Positions 11,067 to 21,861 of a DNA stretch of 59,819 bases are shown one piece after another. Origin of the DNA: a virus (Duplodnaviria > Caudoviricetes); the IMG/VR virus record IMGVR_UViG_3300044580_000450, positions 1 through 59,819 of that record. One strand, written 5' to 3'. Every line of letters starts with the position of its first letter. The first letter of the stretch is position 1. The translations under genes and the position numbers were made by a program. The notes beneath the pieces are model-generated. The model had not been told where the DNA came from. It saw only the letters and a program-made list of their open reading frames with translations, and made no database searches.

Positions 11067-11240
11067 TTAGAAAATTGAAGGGTCTGGTCCGAGGAAAGCC
11101 GGCATATCACTTTCCATAATTGCCTGTTTTTTGGCTTCAAATTCAGCGATCAAAATCTGATCCTGCTGATCTTCGGTAAATTCTTTGTTCGCTTCTTCGT
11201 TTGAGAAATATAATGCCGGGTAATGATAACACTGTGTCAT
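11067..11240 (-). CDS. Small acidic hypothetical protein, 57 aa (MTQCYHYPALYFSNEEA...)
   Basis: Hand-translated; fills the gap and abuts the next start codon. Confidence 0.6.
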   Translation of the reverse strand: MTQCYHYPALYFSNEEANKEFTEDQQDQILIAEFEAKKQAIMESDMPAFLGPDPSIF

Positions 11241-11276
11241 GGTTTAATTTTTTAAGGGGGATTTCTCCCGGGGTTA

Positions 11277-11879
11277 TTACTTCTCAGTCATTTTTACATT
11301 GAAGATCGGTCTGATTTCTTCGACCATTCTTTTGACATCAGCCTTGAATTTTTTTCCGAGTGTAGCGAGTTCGTTGATGAGGCCTTTCTTAATTGTATAA
11401 GTGGTTTCGCTTTCGATAAGCTTAGCCTTGTCAGCATCAGCAATTTTCTTTGATTTGAGAATCATATCGGAAATAACTTCCTGGTATTTTTCGAGGATAG
11501 CGTTATTGAAGAAGTATTTGGTTTTTTCTTCAACAACTTCCGGGCCGAACATTTCTACAAGTTCTTCGTAACGTTCCTTGTCCACCTTGAGATACTTATC
11601 TGAGGTGATGAAAAGGAAACTTTTCTCGCCGGCAACGATTTTAAGGGTGCCTGGGAATGAACCTTTTTTCTCATAAAGACTGATCATGGTTTCCTTACCA
11701 GCTTCGCGGATCTCTGAATCTATAAGATCCCTGGTTGCCTGAAGTTCTGCCATCTGAGCATCAATGTTTGCCAGTTTTTCCAACTGTTTGGTGAACTGAG
11801 GCATTTCAATAACTTCGTGCTTTTCAACCTTAGTTTTTGAGGTTCCGTTTTCTTTTGCTTTGTCGAATAAGTTTGCCAT
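11277..11879 (-). CDS. Hypothetical protein (start moved to MANLFDK)
   Basis: The track's longer start runs through a promoter box. Confidence 0.7.
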   Translation of the reverse strand: MANLFDKAKENGTSKTKVEKHEVIEMPQFTKQLEKLANIDAQMAELQATRDLIDSEIREAGKETMISLYEKKGSFPGTLKIVAGEKSFLFITSDKYLKVDKERYEELVEMFGPEVVEEKTKYFFNNAILEKYQEVISDMILKSKKIADADKAKLIESETTYTIKKGLINELATLGKKFKADVKRMVEEIRPIFNVKMTEK

Positions 11880-11910
11880 TTCTCTTAATTTTAATGTTTG
11901 ATTGATGAAA

Positions 11911-11945
11911 CAAATATACAACAAACTTCCCAAGTACGAAAATAT
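11911..11945 (-). promoter_or_regulatory. Bacteroidota-type sigma promoter, one of about 12 copies
   Basis: TATATTTG -7 box upstream of the gene start. Confidence 0.7.
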
Positions 11946-11986
11946 TTTCGAACTATTTTATCAAATTCCGTTAAATTTAACGATTT

Positions 11987-13060
11987 TTAACGAAGAGAAA
12001 TTTCACCTAGAGGGATTTGTTCTTTTCCTATTCTTCTCTCGACAAATATAGATTTTTCAAATAATTGTTCCATTTGATCAATTGTAGAGCTATAAAGAAG
12101 GAAACCATGATTGCGAAGATTAATAGCCCCCATTACATAATTATCGTATGTTTTTGCTATAATTTCAGCGATTTCATTATATTCCCTTAAATCCCCGCAA
12201 GGATAAAAACTTTTTGTAAATGGAGCTCCATAAATATAATAATGACCATGAATCATATAATTAATTTCGGGAGCATTTTGATAGATTTTTATTTGTACAG
12301 GCGTATCAATGCTTGGCTTTCTATCTCCATAATATCTAACGACAGATGAATTACTTTCAACAAGAATCATATCATGAGGAAAAATACCGCTTTTATCTAA
12401 ATTCCGGGGGCTAACCAATATTTGACCATTTACTCGGGTAGACGGAAAAAGATTATTACATCTTGTAGAACAATTTCCAAAATATCTTCCCCCCATTGAT
12501 TCAGCTTTAGATGCAACTTTCCTATTTAATTCCATAAAGCGATCTAGATCTTCATAATATGGTTGAGGAATATTTTCACTATTTTCAATCTTTTCGGATC
12601 TTATTCTTTTAGATAATCCATATACTTTCCAAATCCAATTGCAATAATGAATAATTGTTTCCGGATTTGTTGTTTCCCACCAAAAATTGCCCAAGGCATC
12701 GATAGTCTTAAAGACAAATTCATCTTTACTTTTATCAATAGTAATTACGGCATTAGCATTCATTTTGAAGATCCTTGAAATAGCATCTTTCTCGGAATTT
12801 TCATTTCTTAAAACCTTTGATATAATAAGAACAGAACCAATGGGTTTTTTAGGATAGAATTTTTTTTCTTCATTGGATATATTAGGCATCCAAAGAATAA
12901 GATTATAAGAGGAAAGATCAATATTTTTGAGATCCTCCATAGTTCCGCCATTTATACAATCTATATAAGACCTATAAGGGTTCCATATTTCATCAATAAT
13001 ACGAGATTGTCTTGGAATTTCTCCAAAATCCCCGCCTACCACAATTGTTTTAGGATTCAT
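11987..13060 (-). CDS. Class II aldolase/adducin domain protein
   Basis: GNCSTR, KPSIDTPVQ, IHGH and LRNHG in the C-terminal half. Confidence 0.75.
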   Translation of the reverse strand: MNPKTIVVGGDFGEIPRQSRIIDEIWNPYRSYIDCINGGTMEDLKNIDLSSYNLILWMPNISNEEKKFYPKKPIGSVLIISKVLRNENSEKDAISRIFKMNANAVITIDKSKDEFVFKTIDALGNFWWETTNPETIIHYCNWIWKVYGLSKRIRSEKIENSENIPQPYYEDLDRFMELNRKVASKAESMGGRYFGNCSTRCNNLFPSTRVNGQILVSPRNLDKSGIFPHDMILVESNSSVVRYYGDRKPSIDTPVQIKIYQNAPEINYMIHGHYYIYGAPFTKSFYPCGDLREYNEIAEIIAKTYDNYVMGAINLRNHGFLLYSSTIDQMEQLFEKSIFVERRIGKEQIPLGEISLR

Positions 13061-13674
13061 ATATCTTTTCGATTTAAGATTTCTTTGCACATTAAATTCA
13101 TAGGATACCCGGCTGGAACAAAATCAAAAAGAAGACCATTCTCATAAAAAGGACCATCGCCGACAAGTCTATCCCAGACATCTCTTCTTTCGTTCCAATC
13201 ATCAGTAAGTTCTTTTTGTCTTTCTGGAGACATTTCATTCCATTTTTCCTGTTCCCAATCATAATTGGATTGATCCACCTGATTTTGATAATGATAGTCC
13301 TCAAGAAAATCCGAACCCCTGATTAGCCCCATTTCATTTCGAGAAAGCCCAAAAAATACTACATAAATATTGTCTTTCTCAAAATATACTACTGCAGAGG
13401 CATCTATATTAAGGGGTTCGTTCATCGATCGACTACAGATTTTTTTTATGATGTCTTCCAGTATAAATTCCCCCATAAAATTTTCAGAGAGGGATTCTAA
13501 AGTTTCATCCTTTTCGATAATTCCCTTAAAATCCTTTTCTAAAAAGGTTCTGCCAAACATTTTATAAGTGGCAATAGATTGAGAAACATGCATTTCCCTT
13601 AATTTCTTGAGAAGATCCATTAATTGATTAATGGATCCTTTTACCCTATAAGCATTATAAATCTTTGTGCTCAT
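13057..13674 (-). CDS. Hypothetical phage protein
   Basis: Long ORF coupled to both neighbours. Confidence 0.65.
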   Translation of the reverse strand: MSTKIYNAYRVKGSINQLMDLLKKLREMHVSQSIATYKMFGRTFLEKDFKGIIEKDETLESLSENFMGEFILEDIIKKICSRSMNEPLNIDASAVVYFEKDNIYVVFFGLSRNEMGLIRGSDFLEDYHYQNQVDQSNYDWEQEKWNEMSPERQKELTDDWNERRDVWDRLVGDGPFYENGLLFDFVPAGYPMNLMCKEILNRKDI

Positions 13675-15146
13675 TAGTATCTTCTAAATTTAGAGTTAAA
13701 AGTACGACCGTAATATCCGCTTCGAGCGTTATAGTCCTTTCCTTCTTCGTTAAATTCATTATTGAAAGTCCAGAAATTTATACCTATAGAAATACCCAAT
13801 GCCAAAATATAAAGAAGAATAACTACCCAAGTTTTAGGAACAACTTTAAGATATGAGAATTCTTCAAAATTTCTTCTCTGAAATCTCTTGAGATTTTCAT
13901 TTAGATAATTATAATATCTTTCCCAAGTTTCCTCAGTTAAGACAGGAGTTTTGCTTTTTGTAACCGTAGTAATATCACTCTTTTTTATATTGAGAGGAAG
14001 CACGGGGGGAAGTAAGGTTGTATCAATTCCTGTCCCTTTATTGATTATCTCTTTAAGTTTTGTATTCATTGGGACAGCTATCGGGACATTTTGTCCTGAT
14101 TTTGTCTCAATGGAATAAGTATAAAGATCCAAAACCTTTTGCGTAACTTCTGCAGTTAAATCCCCAGAGAGGGCCCAGGAGAAAGAATGTGCCCAAGTTA
14201 TTTCTTTTCCTTTGGTTCCTATACAAATGACAAGTTCATTCTGGTTACCCCTTACCCAATAATTTTCCTGATATGCAGCGATTGTTGCTGGTTTATTATC
14301 GAATACAAGTACCCAAAGTCTTAATTCATTTTTTGGTCCGAATTTAGCATTAAGTTTTCTGAAATTTTCCTGAGTTTGTTTTGAAATGTTTGGTCCCAGT
14401 ATAGTCGGATAGTTTACATTATTTCCTGCTATTCCAAATAGATTTCCAGCTTTGCCATCTATGTCGGGATAATCATAAAGTCCCAAACTGTCCGCTTCTT
14501 CTTTTGATACAACTGAAATATTAAAAAGAGAAAGATCAGAAGCTTTGATTCGATTTTCGTATTGATGCTTAGTAAAATATCCTTTTCTTGTAGGATCTGT
14601 ACCAGGCCAATCTGTTTGCCAAACATAAGAAACCTGACCTACCTGTTTTCCTTCAAATTTTGTTCCTTTGCTTCCTACGCACCGATCTCTCGGAGCATAG
14701 TTATCGTGAGACTTAATAACCCTTCTACTTGTCTGCCAAAGTATTCTTATACTATCATATTGCTGTTCGGTAATGTAATATTCCTTCCCAAGATCAGTTT
14801 TACACCACCATGAAGGACCAACATCATCCTGATGAGAGCAATCATAATATTCCGTACAATATTCTGTATTTCCATCTTTGTCTGTTCCACAGGGAACAGA
14901 TCTAGAACATGTTTCAACATGCCAATAGTTATAAGGTTCTTCCTCATAAACTGAAACCATGGTTTCCCCCCAATATTCAGTAAACTGAACGGAGGAATGT
15001 TCTACAAGGGCTTTCATACCAAATATTATGAGAAGAGTTACTGCAACAGGAATAAAGAATTCCCACCACAGATAGCGATTTCGGTCTATGAAATAGAATA
15101 CACCTGTGACCGCGAGGCAAACTAAAAGTGCGCCAAACATTATCAT
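13674..15146 (-). CDS. Membrane protein with N- and C-terminal TM helices and a Cys-rich loop
   Basis: Hydrophobic segments; CSRSVPC..YCTEYYDC. Confidence 0.7.
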   Translation of the reverse strand: MIMFGALLVCLAVTGVFYFIDRNRYLWWEFFIPVAVTLLIIFGMKALVEHSSVQFTEYWGETMVSVYEEEPYNYWHVETCSRSVPCGTDKDGNTEYCTEYYDCSHQDDVGPSWWCKTDLGKEYYITEQQYDSIRILWQTSRRVIKSHDNYAPRDRCVGSKGTKFEGKQVGQVSYVWQTDWPGTDPTRKGYFTKHQYENRIKASDLSLFNISVVSKEEADSLGLYDYPDIDGKAGNLFGIAGNNVNYPTILGPNISKQTQENFRKLNAKFGPKNELRLWVLVFDNKPATIAAYQENYWVRGNQNELVICIGTKGKEITWAHSFSWALSGDLTAEVTQKVLDLYTYSIETKSGQNVPIAVPMNTKLKEIINKGTGIDTTLLPPVLPLNIKKSDITTVTKSKTPVLTEETWERYYNYLNENLKRFQRRNFEEFSYLKVVPKTWVVILLYILALGISIGINFWTFNNEFNEEGKDYNARSGYYGRTFNSKFRRY

Positions 15147-15147
15147 A

Positions 15148-15432
15148 TTAGCAATCTTTTGATTTTATACCAAATTGTCTTAAAGAATATCTTAGTGTTC
15201 TTCTGTTAAAGGGATCGTCCCAGCTAGAACCGCCGTCATAGCCTTGGATCCAAATCTCATCATCATCATTTTGATAATAGAAAGAAATCGTTCCCTTACG
15301 AGTTTTGCAGTAGGGACAAGATAATTCAAAAGTTCCAAGATTAACGATTCCTTTTTGTGGTTTTACTTCTATTTCAGTAAATCCGAGATAAAGAAGTTTT
15401 TCTTTAGCTTGTTCAAAAGTGAATTTTTTCAT
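15148..15432 (-). CDS. Hypothetical CxxC protein
   Basis: Tightly packed ORF; CPYC. Confidence 0.6.
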   Translation of the reverse strand: MKKFTFEQAKEKLLYLGFTEIEVKPQKGIVNLGTFELSCPYCKTRKGTISFYYQNDDDEIWIQGYDGGSSWDDPFNRRTLRYSLRQFGIKSKDC

Positions 15433-15434
15433 AG

Positions 15435-15722
15435 TTATAGTTTTTCGGATCCATCAGGGTTTAACCAATGATTTCGATCATATCCTAAAAATTTAACAAA
15501 GTAATAATAATGACCATCTGTCTCTTCGGTATCCCTGCAATGAAAATAATATTTTGTAAAACATTTAGGACATTGTACAACAAGAACAAGACCCATAGGA
15601 GAATCGGCTACACCTATTCCATATCGAGCTGTACTAACTTCTTCCCCGCATTCTGGACAATAATTTATCCCAGGGTGATATTCTCCTGCTAGACTTATTT
15701 TATGATTGGGATCTATTCTCAT
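15435..15722 (-). CDS. Zinc-ribbon hypothetical protein
   Basis: CPEC and CPKC. Confidence 0.6.
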   Translation of the reverse strand: MRIDPNHKISLAGEYHPGINYCPECGEEVSTARYGIGVADSPMGLVLVVQCPKCFTKYYFHCRDTEETDGHYYYFVKFLGYDRNHWLNPDGSEKL

Positions 15723-15979
15723 GATTTAGAAAAAAATCCCTTAATGGTAAATCCTAAAAATACCGTGAGCGTGAAAATAGTAAGGATAAGGGAATAAGTT
15801 CCCATTTCCATTTTATCGAATAAGTTATATTTTCCAATAACTTCTATCCTTTCAAACATATTTGAACAGGATGATAGCTTTGAAGCAATAAAGAACATAT
15901 AAGCATTACTTCCGATGGTTGCACTTAAAAGCATGCTTAAAAATACTCGAAGAATTTTTTTCGTTTTCATAATTACCAT
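15719..15979 (-). CDS. Small membrane protein
   Basis: Two hydrophobic helices. Confidence 0.55.
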   Translation of the reverse strand: MVIMKTKKILRVFLSMLLSATIGSNAYMFFIASKLSSCSNMFERIEVIGKYNLFDKMEMGTYSLILTIFTLTVFLGFTIKGFFSKS

Positions 15980-16557
15980 CTATAATAACGTTTATTTTCT
16001 CTTTCCTGACGTTCGCACTGATACCTGCACCAGCTTTCCTGATATTTTGCCCTGCGTCCATATTTCCTATGAAGCTTTTTCATTTCGGAAAGATTATCAG
16101 CACAGATATTATCCCAAATGTCATGCCATACAGCATCATAAACTTTTCCTTTTGGCGGTTCCCATGCAAAGGCATCTCCATGAATAATTGTAAGGCGAGG
16201 ATCTGTATATGAGGGAGCTACCAATTTAATAACATCCTCAGAATTTTCAATAACTGTAATATCTGTAACCTCTGGCTTGTTAAGAAGAGCTTTCAAAGTT
16301 ACTCCGAGGCCAAGGCCATTGATAAGAATACTTCCTTTTGCATTATGAAGAAAATTCATAAAATCCCTTATTTCATCTGGCGTGTTGCTCATTACAACTG
16401 TACCATTTCTCATAAGTCTTTTATAAGTTCCTCCTGGAACTCCTCGGCCTGATTTCCACATAGAAATTCTCTGGGAAAAATCATCTTCTTCAACGGTAAA
16501 AGTGCTTACGCTCCAATCACCAGAAACCCCATCCGGAACATTTATTTCTATTTTCAT
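15973..16557 (-). CDS. Class I SAM-dependent methyltransferase (spermidine synthase-like fold)
   Basis: ILINGLGLG, VIE, GDAF and WHDIW. Confidence 0.8.
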   Translation of the reverse strand: MKIEINVPDGVSGDWSVSTFTVEEDDFSQRISMWKSGRGVPGGTYKRLMRNGTVVMSNTPDEIRDFMNFLHNAKGSILINGLGLGVTLKALLNKPEVTDITVIENSEDVIKLVAPSYTDPRLTIIHGDAFAWEPPKGKVYDAVWHDIWDNICADNLSEMKKLHRKYGRRAKYQESWCRYQCERQERENKRYYRW

Positions 16558-16717
16558 CGAGCATAAATTTTTTTGATTTCTTCTTCAGGCATACCTAATT
16601 TCTTGGCGCACTTCTTGCAAATCCGATAATTTACCGGTTTTTCATAATGGTTCGGTTTTGAATAATCTATCTGATGTACTGGGCAAATTTTTGTCATCTC
16701 TCATTAATTTTACTTAG

Positions 16718-16757
16718 CAAATATACAAAAAAAAGCCGAGACTAAAAAATCTCGGCT
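16718..16757 (-). promoter_or_regulatory. Overlapping terminator and promoter
   Basis: AGCCGAGA/TCTCGGCT hairpin and T-tract running directly into TATATTTG. Confidence 0.7.
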
Positions 16758-16777
16758 CAACTTTTTTTACAAAAAGT

Positions 16778-17314
16778 TTAGTTACCTTTTCCAAACAAAT
16801 CCGGACTGGAATCGGTTCCTGTTTCATAGGCCTTCTGGGTAGCAACGTTTTTAAGAATAATAACTGTAATAGGTTCACGTTTACCCAGAACCATTTTTTT
16901 AGGGAAGGTCTTTAGCATAGTTTCATGGACAACTGCCATATCTCGCAGTTTTTTCTGCTCCACGAAAAACCCTTCTCTCTGGCCCTCGATTGCATTCATA
17001 ACATCCTTATAAAGAGAGGCATCAAATTCCGGATTGGCTTCTTGTATCCATTTCATCATTTCACCTCCGGTTGAGTAACGTCCTTCCATAATGGCTGTCT
17101 GAATTTCTTTGAATTTTTCTGCATATTCTTCGGCAACACCGGCTTTTGTCTTGAGAACTTCCCAAAGCTTTGTGTAATAAGCCTCGGTCATCTCCTGCTG
17201 GCCGGAAATTCGAGCACGAAGTTTAATTTCTGAGTTCGATACTCCGATGGCCCACAGTACTATAGTGCCAACGATTGCAAGGGTAACACCCAATGTAATA
17301 AGTAATCCTTTCAT
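16778..17314 (-). CDS. Membrane-anchored LemA-like protein (start moved to MKGLL)
   Basis: N-terminal TM helix, helical body, TFP near the C-terminus. Confidence 0.6.
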   Translation of the reverse strand: MKGLLITLGVTLAIVGTIVLWAIGVSNSEIKLRARISGQQEMTEAYYTKLWEVLKTKAGVAEEYAEKFKEIQTAIMEGRYSTGGEMMKWIQEANPEFDASLYKDVMNAIEGQREGFFVEQKKLRDMAVVHETMLKTFPKKMVLGKREPITVIILKNVATQKAYETGTDSSPDLFGKGN

Positions 17315-17431
17315 TTTGTATTTGATTTTAATTAATTTGTAACAATACAATATTTTTAGACGAGGCAAATGTACAAATAAATTCCGAAATAAAAAAATAT
17401 TTTTTGATTTTTATTAGAGATTATTAGAGAT

Positions 17432-17665
17432 TTAATTAGAGATCTCTAATTTTATTCTTCTAATTTCATCTCGAAGGGCTTTCATAATTTGGGAAACGGA
17501 TTCAATTTTATCTGCAATAATATTTAATTTAACACAATTTCCTGTTTCCGTTTCTATTAAATAATCCCAAGTTTCCTGACAATCGTCAAGAATATCCTGA
17601 CCGTCTTTATAAATTTTTTCTAATCTTTTAATTCTTGAGATATATGTAAAATCGGAAAGCTCCAT
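17432..17665 (-). CDS. Hypothetical coiled-coil protein
   Basis: ORF coupled to def. Confidence 0.55.
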   Translation of the reverse strand: MELSDFTYISRIKRLEKIYKDGQDILDDCQETWDYLIETETGNCVKLNIIADKIESVSQIMKALRDEIRRIKLEISN

Positions 17666-18198
17666 TATCTTATTAAATATGGAATCTCTATAGCTCTATC
17701 TTCAATTAATTCTAATGTTGGATCGATCATATCTCTCCACATCTTATCCAATTTATCCACATAAATTTCTCCTTCAAGATGATCATATTCATGCTGGATA
17801 ATTCGAGCAGCAAATCCTTCAAATATTTCTTTATGATATTCCCAATTTTCGTCATACCATTCCATTTCAATACTGGAAGGTCTTTCGACTAAAGCTGCAA
17901 TACCCGGAACTGATAGACATCCTTCAGGGTGTTTTGTTAAATCCCCAAATTCCCTAAGTATTTTTGGATTAATAAAAACTCCCCGAAAATGAAAATTTTC
18001 TTTTTCTATATGAGCTTCTATTACAAAAATTCTAAGGGGAACAGCTATTTGAACTGCAGAAAGCCCTACACCATTAGCCTTGAACATGGTTTCGAACATA
18101 TCCCTTATCAATAGCTGAATCCCAGGGGTTTCTTTTTTAACCTCTGTGCTCTTAAGCTCTAATATAGGATCCCCATATATAACTATCGGTTTGACCAT
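17665..18198 (-). CDS. def: Peptide deformylase
   Basis: GVGLSAVQ, EGCLS and QHEYDHL motifs. Confidence 0.96.
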   Translation of the reverse strand: MVKPIVIYGDPILELKSTEVKKETPGIQLLIRDMFETMFKANGVGLSAVQIAVPLRIFVIEAHIEKENFHFRGVFINPKILREFGDLTKHPEGCLSVPGIAALVERPSSIEMEWYDENWEYHKEIFEGFAARIIQHEYDHLEGEIYVDKLDKMWRDMIDPTLELIEDRAIEIPYLIR

Positions 18199-18371
18199 TG
18201 GCTCTTTTTTGGTTTTTTAGTTTTTATCTTTTCTTTCCTCGGAGTATATTCTTCTTGTTCGTCATCCCCTCCTGCATAAAAAACTTCTCCACAGTTTCCG
18301 CAATACTCCATCAGTTTTCCACTCGGCGGAATTACTTCTCCGCAAACCGGACAAATTACCTTACGTGCCAT
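18183..18371 (-). CDS. Small zinc-ribbon protein
   Basis: CPVC and CGNC. Confidence 0.55.
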   Translation of the reverse strand: MARKVICPVCGEVIPPSGKLMEYCGNCGEVFYAGGDDEQEEYTPRKEKIKTKKPKKSQWSNR

Positions 18372-18374
18372 AAT

Positions 18375-18857
18375 TTAAAAGTTTGGATTAGTAATCATTA
18401 AATCGTAATCCGTGAAATTTTTAAATTTTTTATTATCTTCTTTTATTCTCTTATTTATTTGTTCTTCGGACCATCCCCTTTCGGTCATTCTTTCCTTGCG
18501 GATCTTAACTGGGGGATTAAGATAAATGACAAAAGTATTTTTTCTGCTTTTAGGATCAATATGTTTTATTCCATCAGTTTCCATAATAAAACAATCTGAT
18601 GATTGCCATTCTTTCATTCCAGTTCCATACCCAAATCCATTATGAATAACATGCTCATAAAAAGATCCTATCTGTGTCATGAAAGCAAATACATCATTCT
18701 TAATGAATTTATAATCGACACCTTCTTGTTCCCCAGGACGCATTGGACGAGTAGTATAGGAAACATCAAATTTAAATCCCCTTTCCTCTAATCTAGTTCT
18801 AAGGAAATTTTTCCCAGCTGCTGCCGGACCACAAATGACAATTCTTTTATGACTCAT
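18375..18857 (-). CDS. gmk: Guanylate kinase-like protein
   Basis: GPAAAGK, SYTTRPMRPGE.EGVDY.F and YGT. Confidence 0.88.
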   Translation of the reverse strand: MSHKRIVICGPAAAGKNFLRTRLEERGFKFDVSYTTRPMRPGEQEGVDYKFIKNDVFAFMTQIGSFYEHVIHNGFGYGTGMKEWQSSDCFIMETDGIKHIDPKSRKNTFVIYLNPPVKIRKERMTERGWSEEQINKRIKEDNKKFKNFTDYDLMITNPNF

Positions 18858-19349
18858 TATATAAAAAGTGTAGATTTCGTTTTTTCCGGAACAAATGGTT
18901 TGCCTTTAGGATAAAAATCCTTGAGCTCATTGAATGTTTTAATTTCTTCCATCAGAGTATTAAAAACTCCTATCCAATTAACATTTAGGCATGCACATTT
19001 TTCATCAGTTGTTTTAGCCTCTTTTATACATTTATACAATTCAACCGGACTAAAGTTTTCATCTAATGAATTTTGAATGATAGCCAAAGAAAAGAATATA
19101 AAAAAAACTTTCTTTATCTGTTCCACATTTTTCGGGATTTTCAAGTAAATATTGAACCACAGCAAATGCTTTACATTGTTCTAATATTTGAGAGGAAAGA
19201 TCCCGGCTTTCCCCATATTTTTCCCTAGCATTTTTTTCAATTTTCTCATAAGTTAAAGGAAATTTTTCCTTCATTAATTGTATAACTTTTTCATCTGGAG
19301 ATTGACACATTGATAGAAAAAGTAAAAAAACAAACAATAAGTATTTCAT
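18857..19349 (-). CDS. Probable single exported protein gene split by a frameshift at a T8 run
   Basis: Two overlapping ORFs cross at A8 on the plus strand (19100-19107). Confidence 0.45.
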
Positions 19350-19502
19350 TTTTCGGGTGGTTTTTTATCGGGAATAAAAAGAGAAATAATACCAATAATT
19401 AGGATTCCTCCAAAGACAATCATAATTAAAATAGAAAAGCCAAATATTAACAATCCTATAAAGATGAAGAAGAGGGCAAGCCAAAAAAGATCTTTTAAAA
19501 AA

Positions 19503-20069
19503 CTAAGCATAATTACTTTTAATATATGATTTTCTCCAATCCAATAATCCTTTTATAGCAAGAATAAGTAAAACTGCATAAAGACCAGCAGACAAATAAA
19601 GTTCCTTAAATATAAAAAGACCAATATAGATAATATCTACTAAGATCCAAATATTCCAGGTTTCAATTTTTCTCTTAGCAAGAAGCCAATTAGCAATAAG
19701 ACTGAATACAGCTACAAAGGAATCTATCCAAGGAGCTGAAGCATCCGTATAAAAATACATTATGAAAGCTATAACTAAATAAGCCCACATTCCTGTCATC
19801 CCCCAGAATATTCTTTGGATAGGAGTCATATATTCAATCTTTGTATGAACTTTATCCTCTCTATATTTTAACCAGTGAAGCATACCAAAAATTCCTTGTC
19901 CAAAGAAAATAAACTGAAGGCCAAAATCTGAATATAACTTGGAATTCCAAAAAACAATAGCATATAAGATTACTCCTATTAAGCCAATAGGCCAAGATAA
20001 AATATGACGTTTAGTGGTTAACCAAACACACAAAAGAGTAAAAAATACCGCTAAAGCTTCTATTATCAT
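19503..20069 (-). CDS. pnuC: PnuC nicotinamide-riboside/vitamin transporter
   Basis: Multi-TM protein; WPIG, LYSD..LQ, DS, ANWLLAKRKIETW..WI.VD. Confidence 0.9.
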   Translation of the reverse strand: MIIEALAVFFTLLCVWLTTKRHILSWPIGLIGVILYAIVFWNSKLYSDFGLQFIFFGQGIFGMLHWLKYREDKVHTKIEYMTPIQRIFWGMTGMWAYLVIAFIMYFYTDASAPWIDSFVAVFSLIANWLLAKRKIETWNIWILVDIIYIGLFIFKELYLSAGLYAVLLILAIKGLLDWRKSYIKSNYA

Positions 20070-20722
20070 AGTTTTACTTTTCCAAGATTTATAAACCTAA
20101 CATTATCTTCATTAAGACTCCATTTTAGATCATTAAGTCTTTTATTGTTTTTATGACAATCTTCACAACATACAGCAATCCATCCCTGAGTTCTTCCAAC
20201 GTTTATAGTTGTTCCGCAATATTCGCATATCTTATAGGAAAGAGATTCAGCCATACGAACCATTCCAGAGATTTCATCATCACCACCACTGTAATAAAAA
20301 CGAAGTCCCCCAAATTTTTCCTTTATCTGGTCGATTCTAATAAAAATATGAGGTTTTCCCTTTGGAGCTTTCTCATAAATCCATTCAGCTAATTTTTCTT
20401 TCCAGCTTCCTTTCTTTCTGGACTTAAATCGAAGCCATCTCTGAAGATCCCAAAGAAATTGGATCTTAAATTCCCGGTCTAAGCTTTCGTTTTTATATTT
20501 GATATATTGCTGGATTTCCCCCATAAGTTGATCCAGAAGCATATACCATCCATCCCCGCATTCAAATCCGAATTGAATGGGTATAACCATTTCTTCTTGC
20601 TTAAGAAGTTTTACTGTATTTTCTAAAACTTCCTTTGTCGAATCTCCTGTATAAATAGGCAATTCAGATTGAAAAAATTCAGGATATTTTTTCAATAATT
20701 GTTCTTGTAATTCTTTTTTCAT
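20066..20722 (-). CDS. Conserved phage hypothetical protein
   Basis: GFECGDGW, QIKEKFGGLRFY and CEYCG. Confidence 0.7.
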   Translation of the reverse strand: MKKELQEQLLKKYPEFFQSELPIYTGDSTKEVLENTVKLLKQEEMVIPIQFGFECGDGWYMLLDQLMGEIQQYIKYKNESLDREFKIQFLWDLQRWLRFKSRKKGSWKEKLAEWIYEKAPKGKPHIFIRIDQIKEKFGGLRFYYSGGDDEISGMVRMAESLSYKICEYCGTTINVGRTQGWIAVCCEDCHKNNKRLNDLKWSLNEDNVRFINLGKVKL

Positions 20723-20930
20723 CTTTTATAATTTCAAATAAATCTTCATCCTCATATCCGTCGAGAAGATCCAAATTTACTCCAAATGGAGTTTCCCAAA
20801 GGTTCTCGTCCTCAGGCTGGATATAATTTTTATATCCGTATGTCCTCCAAATAGTTCCAGCTGGAGTTTTTAACCAGGGAACAGATCTTTTTTGCTTAAA
20901 TCTTTTTATAGTTTCCTTATATTCGATCAC
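20679..20930 (-). CDS. Hypothetical protein
   Basis: Packed ORF. Confidence 0.5.
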   Translation of the reverse strand: MIEYKETIKRFKQKRSVPWLKTPAGTIWRTYGYKNYIQPEDENLWETPFGVNLDLLDGYEDEDLFEIIKDEKRITRTIIEKIS

Positions 20931-21445
20931 GATACATCTTTTAAATGAACTAATTTTCTAATGTAATGAGGATCTTCCGCATACCTAATGCAATTTAAAA
21001 AAACGAGATAAGCATCCGAATCAAATTCCTCTATTTTATATCCTTTAGACAAATACCATTTTTGCCATATAGCATAATCAATAACTGAATCCCACCAATT
21101 ATTATATCTAGCATGTCCCTGATATTCTCCAATAGATACTGTAGCTCTAAATTTAGGATACTTCATTCCAAAGCAATTATGTCCATTAAGAAAAATATCC
21201 GAAGTGAAAAATCCAGTTTCCAAATATGCTTGTAGGAGAACTATTTCAGGATTTTGTATTCTCTCATAAAAAATAGCTTGCTTTAAAAGTTCTTCGCTAA
21301 ATTCTTTTTTATTTATATCTAAATAAAATATCCATCTATTAACTAGAAATTCCATTTCAATAGGATCCCTTTTAACTATTCCATCCTTAATTGATATGAA
21401 AATAGAAAAGAAAAGAAAAAAGAATATTAGTTTTTTCCACAACAT
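20927..21445 (-). CDS. GH73 glucosaminidase-like peptidoglycan hydrolase with N-terminal anchor
   Basis: QAYLETG, NCFGMK, W.DSV.DY and YAEDPHY. Confidence 0.85.
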   Translation of the reverse strand: MLWKKLIFFFLFFSIFISIKDGIVKRDPIEMEFLVNRWIFYLDINKKEFSEELLKQAIFYERIQNPEIVLLQAYLETGFFTSDIFLNGHNCFGMKYPKFRATVSIGEYQGHARYNNWWDSVIDYAIWQKWYLSKGYKIEEFDSDAYLVFLNCIRYAEDPHYIRKLVHLKDVS

Positions 21446-21855
21446 TTTTTATATTTTTTTCCAGATCCGCAGGGGCAAGGTTCATTCCTTTGGATTTTTG
21501 GTTCAGTTCTTATAGGCTGAATATCTGCTTCCCTTTCTTTGCGAGTAAGGTGAGCATATTTAAGATCCTCTAAATTCCTAATCATAGGAGATGGCTCAAT
21601 TTTTTTTATCATTTCTTTTGGCTCTGTAGCAAAATCTTTGAGACGATGAGCTAAAGCAACATCCTCGGATATAATAATAACCTCAGGATTTTCCGAAAGG
21701 AATTTTTCTTTTGCTTTAATAACAACTGGATCATCTGCGGGGCCAGCAATAACTACTCTTCGTTTATTTGGATCATAGGTTTCACCGCAAACACTGCAAA
21801 CCATCTCTTCATGAGATGTATAGTCTAAGCATTTTGTACAATAAAGATCTTTCAT
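21427..21855 (-). CDS. SEC-C motif protein
   Basis: [17 protein letters not shown]. Confidence 0.85.
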   Translation of the reverse strand: MKDLYCTKCLDYTSHEEMVCSVCGETYDPNKRRVVIAGPADDPVVIKAKEKFLSENPEVIIISEDVALAHRLKDFATEPKEMIKKIEPSPMIRNLEDLKYAHLTRKEREADIQPIRTEPKIQRNEPCPCGSGKKYKKCCGKN

Positions 21856-21861
21856 AAATTT

